From the NCBI RefSeq assembly GCF_009914755.1, contig NC_060933.1: a stretch of DNA of 64,000 bases. One strand, written 5' to 3'. Shown here piece after piece: positions 1-13,500 of the stretch (positions are counted from its first letter, which is position 1; the number at the start of each line of letters is the position of its first letter). The stretch is from the human T2T-CHM13v2.0 reference genome, Homo sapiens. A model generated the notes under the pieces. It saw only the letters and a program-made list of their open reading frames with translations. It was not told where the DNA came from and searched no databases. The position numbers and the translations under genes were made by a program.

Positions 1-3000
1 GGAATCAACCCGAATGGAATGGAATGGAATGGAATCAACCCTAGTGGAATGGCAGGTAATGGAATGGAATGTAATGGGATGGAATGGTACGGAATAGAAT
101 GGAATGGAACGAAATGGAATGGAATGGATTCAACCCAATTGGAAAGGAATGGAATGGAATGGAATGGAATCAACCCGAGTGGAATGGCACGGTATGGAAT
201 GGAATGGAATGGAATGGTACAGAATAGAATGGAATGGAGCGAAACGGAATGGAATGGATTCAACCCAATTGGAATGGAATGGAATGGAATGGAATGGAAT
301 GGAATGGAATGGAATGGAATGGAATGGAATCAACTCGATTAGAATGGAATGGAATGGAATCGAGTGGAATGGAATGCAATGGAATGGAATGGAATCATTC
401 CGAGTGGAATGGAAGGGAATGTAATCGAGTAGAATGGAAAGGAATGGAATCAACCTGAACGGAATGGAAGGGAATGGAATGCAATGGAATGGAATGGAAT
501 GGAATCAACCCGAGTGGAATGGAATGGAATGGAATGGAATGGAATGGAATGGAATGGAATGGAAGAAACCCGAGTGGAATGCAATGGAATGGAATGGAAT
601 GGTACGGAATAGAAAGGAATGGAACGAAATGGAATAGAATGGATTCAACCCACTTGGAATGGAATGGAATGGATTGGAGTAGAATGAAATGGAATGGAAT
701 AGAATGGAATGGAATGGAATGCAATGGAATGGAATGGAATGGAATGGAATCATTCTGAGTGGAATGGAATAGAATGTAATCGAGTGGAATGGAAAGGAAT
801 GGAATCAACACGAGTGGAATGGAAGGGAATGGAATGGAATGGAATGGAAGGGAATGGAATTGAATGGAAAGGAATGGAATGGAATCAACGCGAGTGCAAT
901 GGAATGGAATGGAATGGAATGGAATGGAATCTAACCGAATGGAGTGGAATGGAATGGAATCAACCCGAGTGCAATGGAATGGAATGGAATGGAATGGAAT
1001 GGAATGGAATGGAATGGAATGGAATCGAATGGAGTAGAGTGGAATGAAACGGCATAGAATGGAATGGAATCAGCTCCCGTGGAACGGAATGGAATGGAAA
1101 TGAATCAAATAGTGTGGTCTGGAATGGAATGGAATGGAATGGAATGGAATGGAACGGAATGGAATGAAACGGAATGGAATGGAATTGAATGGAATCGAAT
1201 CCACCCGATTGGAAAAGAAGGGAATGGGATGGTGTGCAATGGAATCGAATGGAATGGAGTGGAAAGGAATTGAATAGAATCAACCCGAATGGAATGGATT
1301 GGAATGGAATGGAATGGAATGGAATGGAATGGAATGGAATGGAATCAACAAGTGTGGAATGGAATGGAATGGAATGGAATGGATTGGAATGGAATGGAAT
1401 AGAATTGAATGGAATGGAATCATTCCGAGTGGAATAGCAGGGAATGTAATGGAGTGGAATGGAAAGGAATAGAATCAACCCGAGTGGAATGGAATGGAAT
1501 GGAACGGAATAGAATTAAATGCAATTAACCCGAGTAGAGTGGAGTGGAATGGAATAGAATGGAATGGAATGTAAAGCAATGAAATGGAACGGAATGGAAT
1601 GGAATGGAAGGTAATGGAATGGAATCAAACCTAGTGGAATGGAATGGAATGGAATGGTATGAAATGGAATGGAATGGAATGAAATGGAATGGAATTCAAT
1701 GGAATCAACCCTAGTGGAATGGAATGGAATGGAATGGAATGAAATGGAATCAACACCAGTGGAATGCAATGGAAATGAATGGAATGGAATGGAATGGAAT
1801 GGAATGGAATGGAAAGGAATCAACCCGAGTGGAGTGGAGTGGAATGGAATCGAATGGAATGGAATGGAAAGCAATGAAATGGAATTGAATAGAATTTATT
1901 GGAATGTAATGGAATGGAATCAAACCTAGTGCAATGGACAAGAGTGGAAGGAATGGAATGGAATGGAATGGAATGGAATGGAATGGAATGGAATGGCAAG
2001 AACCCGAGTGGAATGGAATGGAATGGAATGGAATCAACTCGTGTGGAATGGAATGGAATCGAATGTATTGGAATGGAATGGAATCATTCCGAGTGGAATG
2101 GAAGGGAATGTAATCAAGTGGGATGGAAAGGAATGGAATCAACCCGAGTGGAATGGAAGGGAATGGAATGGAATGGCAAGAACCCGAGGGGAATGTAATG
2201 GAATATACTGGAATGGAATTCAATGGAGTGGAATCAACTGGATTAGAATGAAAGGAATGGAATGGAATGGAATCGAGTGAACCTGAGTGGAAAGGAATGG
2301 AGTGGAATGGAATGGAATGGAATGGAAACTACCCAAATGGAATGGAATGGAATAGAAACTACCCAAATGGAATGGAATGGAATGGAATCGAATGGAGTGG
2401 AGTGGAATGAAATGGATTGGAACGAAATGGAATCAAATCCTGGGGAATGGAATGGAATGAAATCGAACAGAGTGGAATGGAGTGGAATCAACCCGAGTGG
2501 AATGGCATGGAATGGAATGGAATGGAATAGAATGGAATGGATTGGAATGGAATGGAATAGAATGGAACGAAACGAAATGCAATGGAATGGATTCAACCCG
2601 ATTGGAATGGAATGGAATGGAATGGAATGGAATTGTGTGGAATGGAATAGAATGGAATGGAGTTTAAAGGAATTGAATAGAATTAACCCGAATGGAATGG
2701 AATGGAAAGGAACGGAATGGAGTGGAATGTAATGGAATGGAATGCAATGGAATGGAATGGAATCAACTCGAATTTTACGGAATGGAATGGAATGGATAGG
2801 AATGGAATGGAATGGAATGGAATGGAATGGAGTGGAATCAACCCGAGTGGAATGGAAGTGAACGGAATGGAATGGAAAGGAATGGAATGGAATCAACCAG
2901 AGTGGAATGGAATGCAAAGGAATGGAATGGAATGGAATGGAATGGAATGGAATCAACCCGAGAGCAATGGAATGGAATGGAATGGAATCTACCTGTAAAG

Positions 3001-4168
3001 AATGGAAGGGAATGCAATGGAATAGAACGGAGTGGAATGGAATGAAAGGGAATGGAATGGAATGGAATCAACTCACGTGGAAAGGAATGGAATGGAACTG
3101 AATCAACCCCAGTGGAATGGAATGGAATGGAAAGGAATGGAATGGAATGGAATGGAATGGAATGGAATGGAATCTAATGGAATGGAATGGAATGGAATGG
3201 AATCAACCCGACTGGAATGGAATGGAATGGAATGGAATGGAATGGAATGGAATGGAATAGAATGGAATGAATCGAAATGGAATGGAATGGAATCAACCCG
3301 ATTGGAATGGAATGGAATGGAATGGAATGGAATGGAATGGAATGGAATGGAATCGAGTGAACCTGAGTGGAATAGAATGGAAGGGAATGGCATGAAACTG
3401 AAACTACCCGAATGGAATGGTATGGAATGAAATCGAATGGAGTGGCGTGGAATGAAATGGAATGGAATGGAATGGAATCAATTCCTGGGGAAGGAAATGG
3501 AATGAAACGGAATGGAATGCAATTGAATGGAATCTACCCGAGTGGAATGGAATGGAATGGAATGGAATGGAATGGAATGGAACGGAATAGAATAGAATGG
3601 AACGAAATGGAATCGAATGGATTCAACACGATTGGAATGCAATGGAATGGAATGGAATTGTGTGGAATGGAATGGAATAGAATGGAATGGAATGGAATGG
3701 AATGGAATGGAATGGAAACTACCCAAATGGAATGGAATGGAATGGAATCGAATGGAGTGGAATTGGAATGAAATGGATTGGAACGGAATAGAATCAACTC
3801 CTGTGGAATGGAATGGAATGAAATGGAACGGAATGGAATGGAATGGAATCAACCCGATTGGAATGGAATGGAATGGAATGGAATAGAATGGAAAGGAATG
3901 GAATTGTGTGGAATGGAATAGAATGGAATGGACTGTAAAGGAATTGAATAGAATCAACCAGAATGGAATGGAATGGAACGGAATGGAATGGAATGCAATG
4001 GAATGGAATGGAATGGAATGGAATAGAATCATTCCGAGTGGAATGGAAGGGAACGTAATCGAGTGGAATGGAAGGCAATGTAATCGAGTGGAATGGAAAG
4101 GAATGGAATCAACCCAAGTGGAATGGAAATAAATGGAATGGAGTGTAAAGGAATTGAATAGAATCAAC

Positions 4169-4184
4169 CCATGGAATTCCATGG
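4169..4184. other. Perfect 16-bp palindrome CCATGGAATTCCATGG (copy 1; also 8121-8136, 12744-12759, and a 14-bp version at 16093-16106)
   Basis: Read directly from the sequence. It is self-reverse-complementary and contains overlapping NcoI-EcoRI-NcoI sites. Confidence 0.95.
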
Positions 4185-7100
4185 AATGGAAAGGAATGGA
4201 ATCTACCCGAATGGAATGGAATCTACCTGAAAGGAATGGAATGGAATTGAATGGAATGGCAAGAAATGGAATGGAATGGAATCTACCCGTATGGAATGGA
4301 ATGGAATGGAATGGAATGGAACGGAATCTACCCGAATGGAATGGAAAGGATTGGAATCGAATGCAGTGCAATGGAATGAAATGCAATTGAATGGAATGGA
4401 ATGGAATGGAATGGAATGGAATGTAACAGAATGGAATGGAATGGAATGGAATCAACCCGAGTGTATTGCAATGGATTGGAATGGAATGGAATGGAATGGA
4501 ATGGAATATATTGAAATGGAATGGAGTTGATTCAACCCGAGGAGAATGGAATGGAATTGCATGGAATGGAAGCGACCAGAATGGAATGGAATGGAATGGA
4601 ATTAAATGGAATGGAATGGAATTGAATGCAATGGAATCAACACGAGTGGAATGGAATGGAATGGAATGGAATGGAATGGAATGGAATGGAATGGAATGGA
4701 ATGGAATCACCCCGTTTGGAATGGAATGGAATGGAATGAAATGGATTCGAATGGAATGGAATGTAATAAACCCGAATGGAATGGCATGGAATGGCATGGA
4801 ATGGATTGGAATGGAATGGAATGGAATGGAATGGAATGGAACGGAATGGATTGGAATGGAATGGATCGGAATAGAGTGGAATGGAACGAAATGGAATGGA
4901 ATGGATTCAACCCGATTGGAATGGAATGGAATGGAATGTAATGGAATTGTGTGGAATGGAATGGAATGGAATGGAATGGAGTGTAAAGGAATTGGATAGA
5001 ATCAACCCGAATAGAATGGAATGGAATGAAACGGAATGGAATGGAACGTAGTATAATGGAATGGAATGCAATGGAATGGAATCAACTCGAGAGGCATGGA
5101 ATGGAATGAAATGGATTGGAATGGAAAGGAATGGAATGGAATCTTTACGAGTAGAATGGAAGGGAATGTAATCGAGTGGAAAGGAAAGTAATGGAATCAA
5201 TCCGAGTGGAATAGAACGGAATGCAATGGAATGGAAAGGACTGGAATGGAATAAACCCTAGTGGTATGGAGGGGAATGTAATCACCCCGAGTTTAATGGA
5301 AGGGAATGGAATGTAATGGAACGGAATGGAATTGAATCAACCCCAGTGGAATGGAAGGGAATGGAATGGAATGGAATGGAATGGAATGGAATGGAATGGA
5401 ATGGAATGGAATGGATTGGAATCAACCTGAGTGCAATGGAATAGAATGGAATGGAATGGAATGAAACCTACCCGAATGGAGTGGAATGGAATGGAATGGA
5501 ATGGAATAGAATCTAACCGAATGGAATGGAATGGAATGGAATCGAATGGAGTGGACTGGAATGAAAAGGAATAGAATGGAATACAATCAACTCGAGTGGA
5601 ATGAAACGGAAAGGAACTGAATCAAAAAGAGTGGAATGGAATGGAATGGAATGGAATAGAATGGAATGGAACGGAATGGAATGGAATGGAATGGAATAGA
5701 ATGGAATGGAATGGAATGGAATGAAATGGAATGAAATGCAATCAACCCGAGTAGAGTGCAGTGGAATTGAACCGAATGGAATGGAATGTAAAGCAATGAA
5801 ATGTAACTGAATGGAATGGATTGGAGTGTAATGGAATGGAATCAAACCTAGTGGAATAGAATGGAATGGAATGGAATGGTATGAAATGGAATGGAATGAA
5901 ATGGAATGGAAAGCAATGGAATCAACCCGAGTGCAATGGAATGGAATGGAATGGAATGGAATGGAATGGAATGGAATGGAATGGAACTGAATCAACCCGA
6001 CTGGAATGGAATGGAAAGGAATGGAATGGAATTGAATGGAATCAACCCGAGTGGAATGGAAGGGAATGGAATGGAATAGAGGGAAATGGAATCAACCCGA
6101 GTGGAGTGGAGTGGAATGAAATCGAATGGAATGGAATAGAAAGCAATGAAATGGAATTGAATAGAATGGATTGGAATATAATGGAATGGAATCAAACCTA
6201 GTGAAATGGACTAGAATTAAATGGAATGGAATGGAATGGAATGGAATGGAATGGAATGAAATCAACCCGAGTGGAATGGAATGGAAAGGAATGGAATGGA
6301 ATGGAATGGGAAGAACCGAGTGGAATGTAATGGATTAGAAGGGAATTCAATGGAGTGGAATCAACTGGATTGGAATGGAAAGGAATGGAATGGAATGGAA
6401 TCGAGTGAACCTGAGTGGAACGGAATGGAATGCAATGGAATGGAATGGAAACTACCCAAATGGAATGGAATGGAATTGAATCGAATGGAGTGTTGTGGAG
6501 TGAAATGGATTGGAATGGAATCGAATTAACTCCTTTGGAATAGAATGGAATGAAATGGAACGGAACAGAATGGAATGGAATCAACCGGAGTGGAATGGAA
6601 TGGAATGGAATGGAATGGAATGGAATGGAATGGAATGGAATCAACACGAGTGGAATGGCATGGAATGGAAACGAATGGAATAGAATGGAATGGTACGGAA
6701 TAGAATGGATTGGAACGAAATGGCATGAAATGGATTCAACCCAATTGGAATGGAATGGAATGGAATGGAATTGTGTGGAATTGAATGGAATGGAATGCAG
6801 TGTAATGGAATTGAATAGAATCAACCCGAATGGAATGGAATGGAATGGAATGGAATGGAATTAACCAGAGTAGAATGGAATGGAAAGGAATTGTATGGAA
6901 TGGAAAGGAATGGAATGGAATCAACCCGAGTGTAATGGAAGGGAATGGAATGGTATGGAAGGTAAAGGAATCAACCCGAGTGGAGTGGAGTGGAATGGAA
7001 TCGAATGGAATGGAATGGAAAGCAATGAAATGGAATTGAATAGAATGGATTGGAATGTAATGGAATGGAATCAAACGTAGTGCAATGGACTAGAATGGAA

Positions 7101-10100
7101 TGGAATGGAATTGAATGGAATGCAAAGGAATCAACCAGAGTGGAATGTAATGGAAAGGAATGGAATGGAATGGAATGGAATGGAATGGAATAGCAAGAAC
7201 CCGAGTGGAACGGAATGGAATGGAAGGGAATTCAATGGAATGGAATCAACTGTATTGGAATGGAAAGGAATGGAATGGAATGGAATCGAGTGAACCTGAG
7301 TGGAATGGAATGGAATAGAATGGAGTGGAATGGAAACTACCCAAATGGAATGGCACGGAATAAAATCGAATGGAGTGGAGTGGAATGAAATGGAATGGAA
7401 TGGAATGGAATCAACTCCTGTGGAATGGAATGGAATGAAACGGAATGGAATGCAATGGAATGGAATCAACCCGAGTGGAATGGTATGGAATGGAATGGAA
7501 TGGAATGGAATGGAATGGAAAGGAATAGAATAGAATGGAACGAAATGGAATGGAATGGATTCAACCCGATTGGAATGCAATGGAATGGAATGGAATTGTG
7601 TGGAATGGAATGGAATAGAATGGAATGGAATGGAATGGAATGGAATGGAATGGAATGGAATGGAAACTACCCAAATGGAATGGAATGGAATGGAATCGAA
7701 TGGAGTGGAGTGGAATGAAATGGATTGGAATGGAATAGAATCAACTTCTGTGGAATGGAATGGAATGAAATGGAACGGAATGGAATGGAAAGGAATTAAC
7801 CCGATTGGAATGGAATGGAATGGAATAGAATGGAATGGAATGGAATGGAATGGAATGGAATGGAATGGAATGGAATGGAATGGAATTGTGTGGAATGGAA
7901 TAGAATGGAATGGACTGTAAAGGAATTGAATAGAATCAACCAGAATGGAATCGAATGGAATGGAACGGAATGGAATGGAATGCAATGGAATGGAATGGAA
8001 TAGAATCATTCCGAGTGGAATGGAAGGCAATGTAATCGAGTGGAATGGAAAAGAATGGAATCAACCCGAGTGGAATGGAAAGAAATGGAATGGAGTGTAA
8101 ATGAATTGAATAGAATCAACCCATGGAATTCCATGGAATGGAAAGGAATGGAATCTACCCGAATGAAATGGAATCTACCTGAAAGGAATGGAATGGAATT
8201 GAATGGAATGGCATGGAATGGAATGGAATGGAATCTACCCGTATGGAATTTAATGGAATGGAATGGAATGGAACAGAATCTACCCGAATGGAATGGAAAG
8301 GATTGGAATCGAATGCAGTGCAATGGAATGAAATGCAATTGAATGGAATGGAATGGAAAGGAATGGAATGTAACAGAATGGAATGGAATGGAATGGAATC
8401 AACCCGAGCGTAATGCAATGGATTGGAATGGAATGGAATGGAATGGAATGGAATATATTGAAATGGAATGGAGTGGATTCAACCCGAGTGGAATGGAATG
8501 GAATTGCATGGAATGGAAGCGACCAGAATGGAATGGAATTAAATGGAATGGAATGGAATTGAATGGAATGGAATCAACACGAGTGGAATGGAATGGAATT
8601 GAATGGAATGGAATGGAATGGAATTGAATGGAATGGAATCCACCGGATTGGAATGGAATGGAATGGAATGGAATGCAATGGATTCGAATGGAATGGAATG
8701 GAATAAACCCGAATGGAATGGCATGGAATGGAATGGAATGGAATGGAATGGAATGGAATGGAATGGAATGCATTGGATTGGAATGGAATGGATCGGAATA
8801 GAATGGAATGGAATGAAATGGAATGGAATGGATTCAACCCGATTGGAATGGAATGGAATGGAATGGAATTGTGTGGAATGGAATGGAATGGAATGGAATG
8901 GAGTGTAAAGGAATTGGATAGAATCAACCCGAATAGAATGGAATGGAATGAAACGGAATGGAATGGATTGTAGTATAATGGAATGGAATGCAATGGAATG
9001 GAATCAACTCGAGTGGCATGGAATGGAATGAAATGGATTGGAATGGAATGGAATGGAATGGAATCATTCCGAATAGAATGGAAGGGAATGTAACCGAGGG
9101 GAAAGGAAAGTAATGGAATCAATCCGAGTGGGATATAACGGAATGCAACGGAATGGAAAGGACTGGAATGGATTCAACCCGAGTGGTATGGAGGGGAATG
9201 TAATCAACCCGAGTGGAATGGAAGGTAATGGAATGGAATGGAACGGAATGGAATTGAATCAACCCAAGTGGAATGGAATGGAAAGGAATGGAATGGAATG
9301 GAATGGAATGGAATGGAATGGAATGGAATGGAATCAACCTGAGTGCAATGGAATAGAATGGAATGGAATGGAAAGAAACCTACCCGAATGGAATGGAATG
9401 GAATGGAATAGAATGGAATCGAATGGAGTGGACTGGAATGAAACGGAATAGAATGGAATAGAATCAACTCGAGTGGAATGGAACGGAATGGAACAGAATC
9501 AAAAAGACTGGAATGGAATGGAATGGAATAGAATGGAATGGAATGGAATGGAATGGAATAGAATGGAATGGAATGGAATGAAATGGAATGAAATGCAGTC
9601 AACCCGATTAGAGTGGAGTGGAATGGAACCGAATGGAATGGAATGTAAAGCAATGAAATGTAACTAAATGGAATGGATTGGAGTGTAATGGAATGGAATC
9701 AAACCTAGTGGAATAGAATGGAATGGAATGGAATGGTATGAAATGGAATGGAATGAAATGGAAAGGAAAGCAATGGAATCAACCCGAGTGCAATGGAATG
9801 GAATGGAATGGAATGGAATGGAATGGAATGGAATGGAATGGAATGGAACTGAATCAACCCGACTGGAATGGAATGGAAAAGAATGGAATGGAATGGAATG
9901 GAATCAACCCGAGTGGAATGTAAGGGAATGGAATGGAACAGAGGGAAATGGAATCACCCCGAGTGGAGTGGAGTGGAATGAAATCGAATGGAATGGAATA
10001 GAAAGCAATGAAATGGAATTGAATAGAATGGATTGGAATGTAATGGAATGGAATCAAACCTAGTGCAATGGATTAGAATGGAATGGAATGGAATGGAATG

Positions 10101-10323
10101 GAATGGAATGAAATCAACCCGAGTGGAATGGAATGGATTGGAATGGAATTCAATGGAATGGAATCAACTGGATTGGAATGGAAAGGAATGGAATGGAATG
10201 GAATCGAGTGAACCTGAGTGGAACGGAATGGAATGGAATGGAATGGAATGGAATGGAATGGAATGGTATGAAATGGAATGGAATGAAATGGAATGGAAAG
10301 CAATGGAATCAAACCGAGTGCAA

Positions 10324-10539
10324 TGGAATGGAATGGAATGGAACTGAATCAACCCGACTGGAATGGAATGGAAAGGAATGGAATGGAATGGAATGGAATC
10401 AACCCGAGTGGAATGGAAGGGAATGGAATGGAATGGAATGGAATGGAATGGAATGGAATGGAACTGAATCAACCCGACTGGAATGGAATGGAAAGGAATG
10501 GAATGGAATGGAATGGAATCAACCCGAGTGGAATGGAAG
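10324..10539 (+). repeat. 120-bp period tandem duplication
   Basis: GAACTGAATCAACCCGACTGG...AACCCGAGTGGAATGGAAG occurs at 10341 and 10461. Confidence 0.85.
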
Positions 10540-13500
10540 AGAATGGAATGGAATAGAGGGAAATGGAATCAATCCGAGTGGAGTGGAGTGGAATGAAACC
10601 GAATGGAATGGAATAGAAAGCAATGAAATGGAATTGAATAGAATGGATTGGAATGTAATGGAATGGAATCAAACCTAGAGCAATGGACTAGAATGGAATG
10701 GAATGGAATGGAATGGAATGAAATCAACCCGAGTGGAATGGAATGGAAAGGAAAGGAATGGAATGGAATAGAATGGCAAGAACCCGAGTGGAATGTAATG
10801 GAATGGAATGGAATTCAATGGAATGGAAACAACTGGATTGGAATGGAAAGGAATGGAATGGAATGGAATCGAGTGAACCTGAGTGGAACGGAATGGAATG
10901 GAATGGAAAGGAATGGAATGGAATGGAATGGAATGGAATGGAATGGAATGGAATGGAATAGAATCAACCTGAGTGCAATAGAATAGAATGGAATGGAATG
11001 GAAAGAAACCTACCCGAATGGAATGGAATGGAATGGAATGGAATGGAATGGAATCGAATGGAGTGGACTGGAATGAAATGGAATAGAATGGAATAGAATC
11101 AACTCGAGTGGAATGGAAAGGAATGGAACTGAATCAAAAAGACCGGAATGGAATGGAATGGAATAGAATGGAATGGAATGGAATGGAATGGAATGGAATA
11201 GAATGGAATGGAATGGAATGAAATGGAATGAAATGCAATCAACCCGAGTAGAGTGGAGTGGAATGGAACCGAATGGAATGGAATGTAAAGCAATGAATTG
11301 TAACTATTTGGAATGGATTGGAGTGTAATGGAATGGAATCAAACCTAGTGGAATTGAATGGAATGGAATGGAATCGAATGGTATGAAATGGAATGGAATG
11401 AAATGGAATGGAAAGCAATGGAATCAACCCGAGTGCAATGGAATGGAAGGGAATGGAATGGAATGGAATGGAATGGAATGGAACTGAATCAACCCGACTG
11501 GAATGGAATGGAAAGGAATGGAATGGAATGGAATGGAATCAACCCGAGTGGAATGGAAGGGAATGGAATGGAACAGAGGGAAATGGAATCACCCCGAGTG
11601 GAGTGGAGTGGAATGAAATCGAATGGAATGGAATAGAAAGCAATGAAATCGAATTGAATAGAATGGATTGGAATGTAATGGAATGGAATCAAACCTAGTG
11701 CAATGGACTAGAATGGAATGGAATGCAATGGAATGGAATGGAATGAAATCAACCCGAGTGGAATGGAATGGAAAGGAAAGGAATGGAATGGAATGGAATG
11801 GCAAGAACCCGAGTGGAATGTAATGGATTGGAATGGAATTCAATGGAAAGGAATCAACTGGGTTGGAATGGAAAGGAATGGAATGAAATGGAATCGAGTG
11901 AACCTGAGCGGAACGGAATGGAATGGAATGGAATGGAATGGAATGGAATGGAATGGAAACTACCCAAATGGAATGGAATGGAATTGAATCGAATGGAGTG
12001 TTGTGGAGTGAAATGGACTGGAACGGAATGGAATCAACTCCTGTGGAATGGAATGGAATGAAACTGAATGGAATGCAATGGAATGGAATCAACCCGAGTG
12101 GAATGGCATGGAATGGAATGGAATGGAATGGAATGGAATGGAATGGAAGGGAATGGAATGGAATGCAATGGAATGGAATGGAATGGAACGGAATAGAATA
12201 GAATGGAACGAAATGGAATTGAATGGATTCAACCCAATTGGAATGCAATGGAATGGAATGGAATTGTGTGGAATGGAATGGAATAGAATGGAATGGAATG
12301 GAATGGAATGGAATCGAATGGAGTGGAGTGGAATGAAATGGATTGGAAAGGAATAGAATCAACTCCTGTGGAATGGAATGGAATGGAATGGAATGGAATG
12401 GAATGGTAAGGAATAGAATGGAATGGAATGGAATGGAATGGAATGGATTCAGCCCGATTTGAATGGAATGGAATGGAATGGAATGCAATGGAATGGAATT
12501 GTGTGGAATGGAATAGAATGGAATGGACTGTAAAGGAATTGAGTAGAATCAACCAGAATGGAAAGGAATGGAATGGAACGGAATGGAATGGAATGCAATG
12601 GAATGGAATGGAATGGAATGGAATAAAATCATTCCGAGTGGAATGGAAGGGAATGTAATCGAGTGGAATGGAAAGGAATGGAATCAACCCGAGTGGAATG
12701 GAAAGAAATGGAATGGAGAGTAAAGGAATTGAATAGAATCAACCCATGGAATTCCATGGAATGGAAAGGAATGGAATCTACCCGAATGGAATGGAATCTA
12801 CCTGAAAGGAATGGAATGGAATTGAATGGAATGGAATGGAATGGAATGGAATGGAATGGAATGGAATGGAATCTACCCGTATGGAATTGAATGGAATGGA
12901 ATGGAATAGAACGGAATCTACCCGAATGGAATGGAAAGGATTGGAATCGAATGGAGTGCAATGGAATGAAATGTAATTGAATGGAATGGAATGGAATGGA
13001 ATGGAATGTAACAGAATGGAATGGAATGGAATGGAATGGAATCAACCCGAGTGTAATGGAATGGAATGGAATGGAATGGAATGAAATGGAATGGAATGGA
13101 ATCAACCCAAGTGGAATGGAATGGAATTGCATGGAATGGAAGTGACCAGAATGGAATGGAATGGAATGGAATTAAATGGAATGGAATGGAATTGAATGGA
13201 ATGGAATCAACATGAGTGTAATGGAATGGAATGGAATGGAATGGAATGGAATGGAATGGAATGGAATGGAATGGAATAAACCCGAGTGGAATGGAATGGA
13301 ATGGAATGGAATGGATTCGAATGGAATGGAATGGAATCAACCCGAATTGAATGGCATGGAATGGAATGGAATGGAATAGAATGGAATGGAATGGAATGGA
13401 TTGGATTGCAATGGAATGGATAGGAATAGAATGGAATGGAACGAAATGGAATGGAATGGATTCAACACGATTGGAATGGAATGGAATGGAATGGAATGGA

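Noticed and set aside
2326-2385. 30-bp tandem duplication of AAACTACCCAAATGG (2326/2356); similar micro-duplications at ~36-275 and ~32676-32735
   Set aside because: Real, but routine slippage products in satellite DNA.
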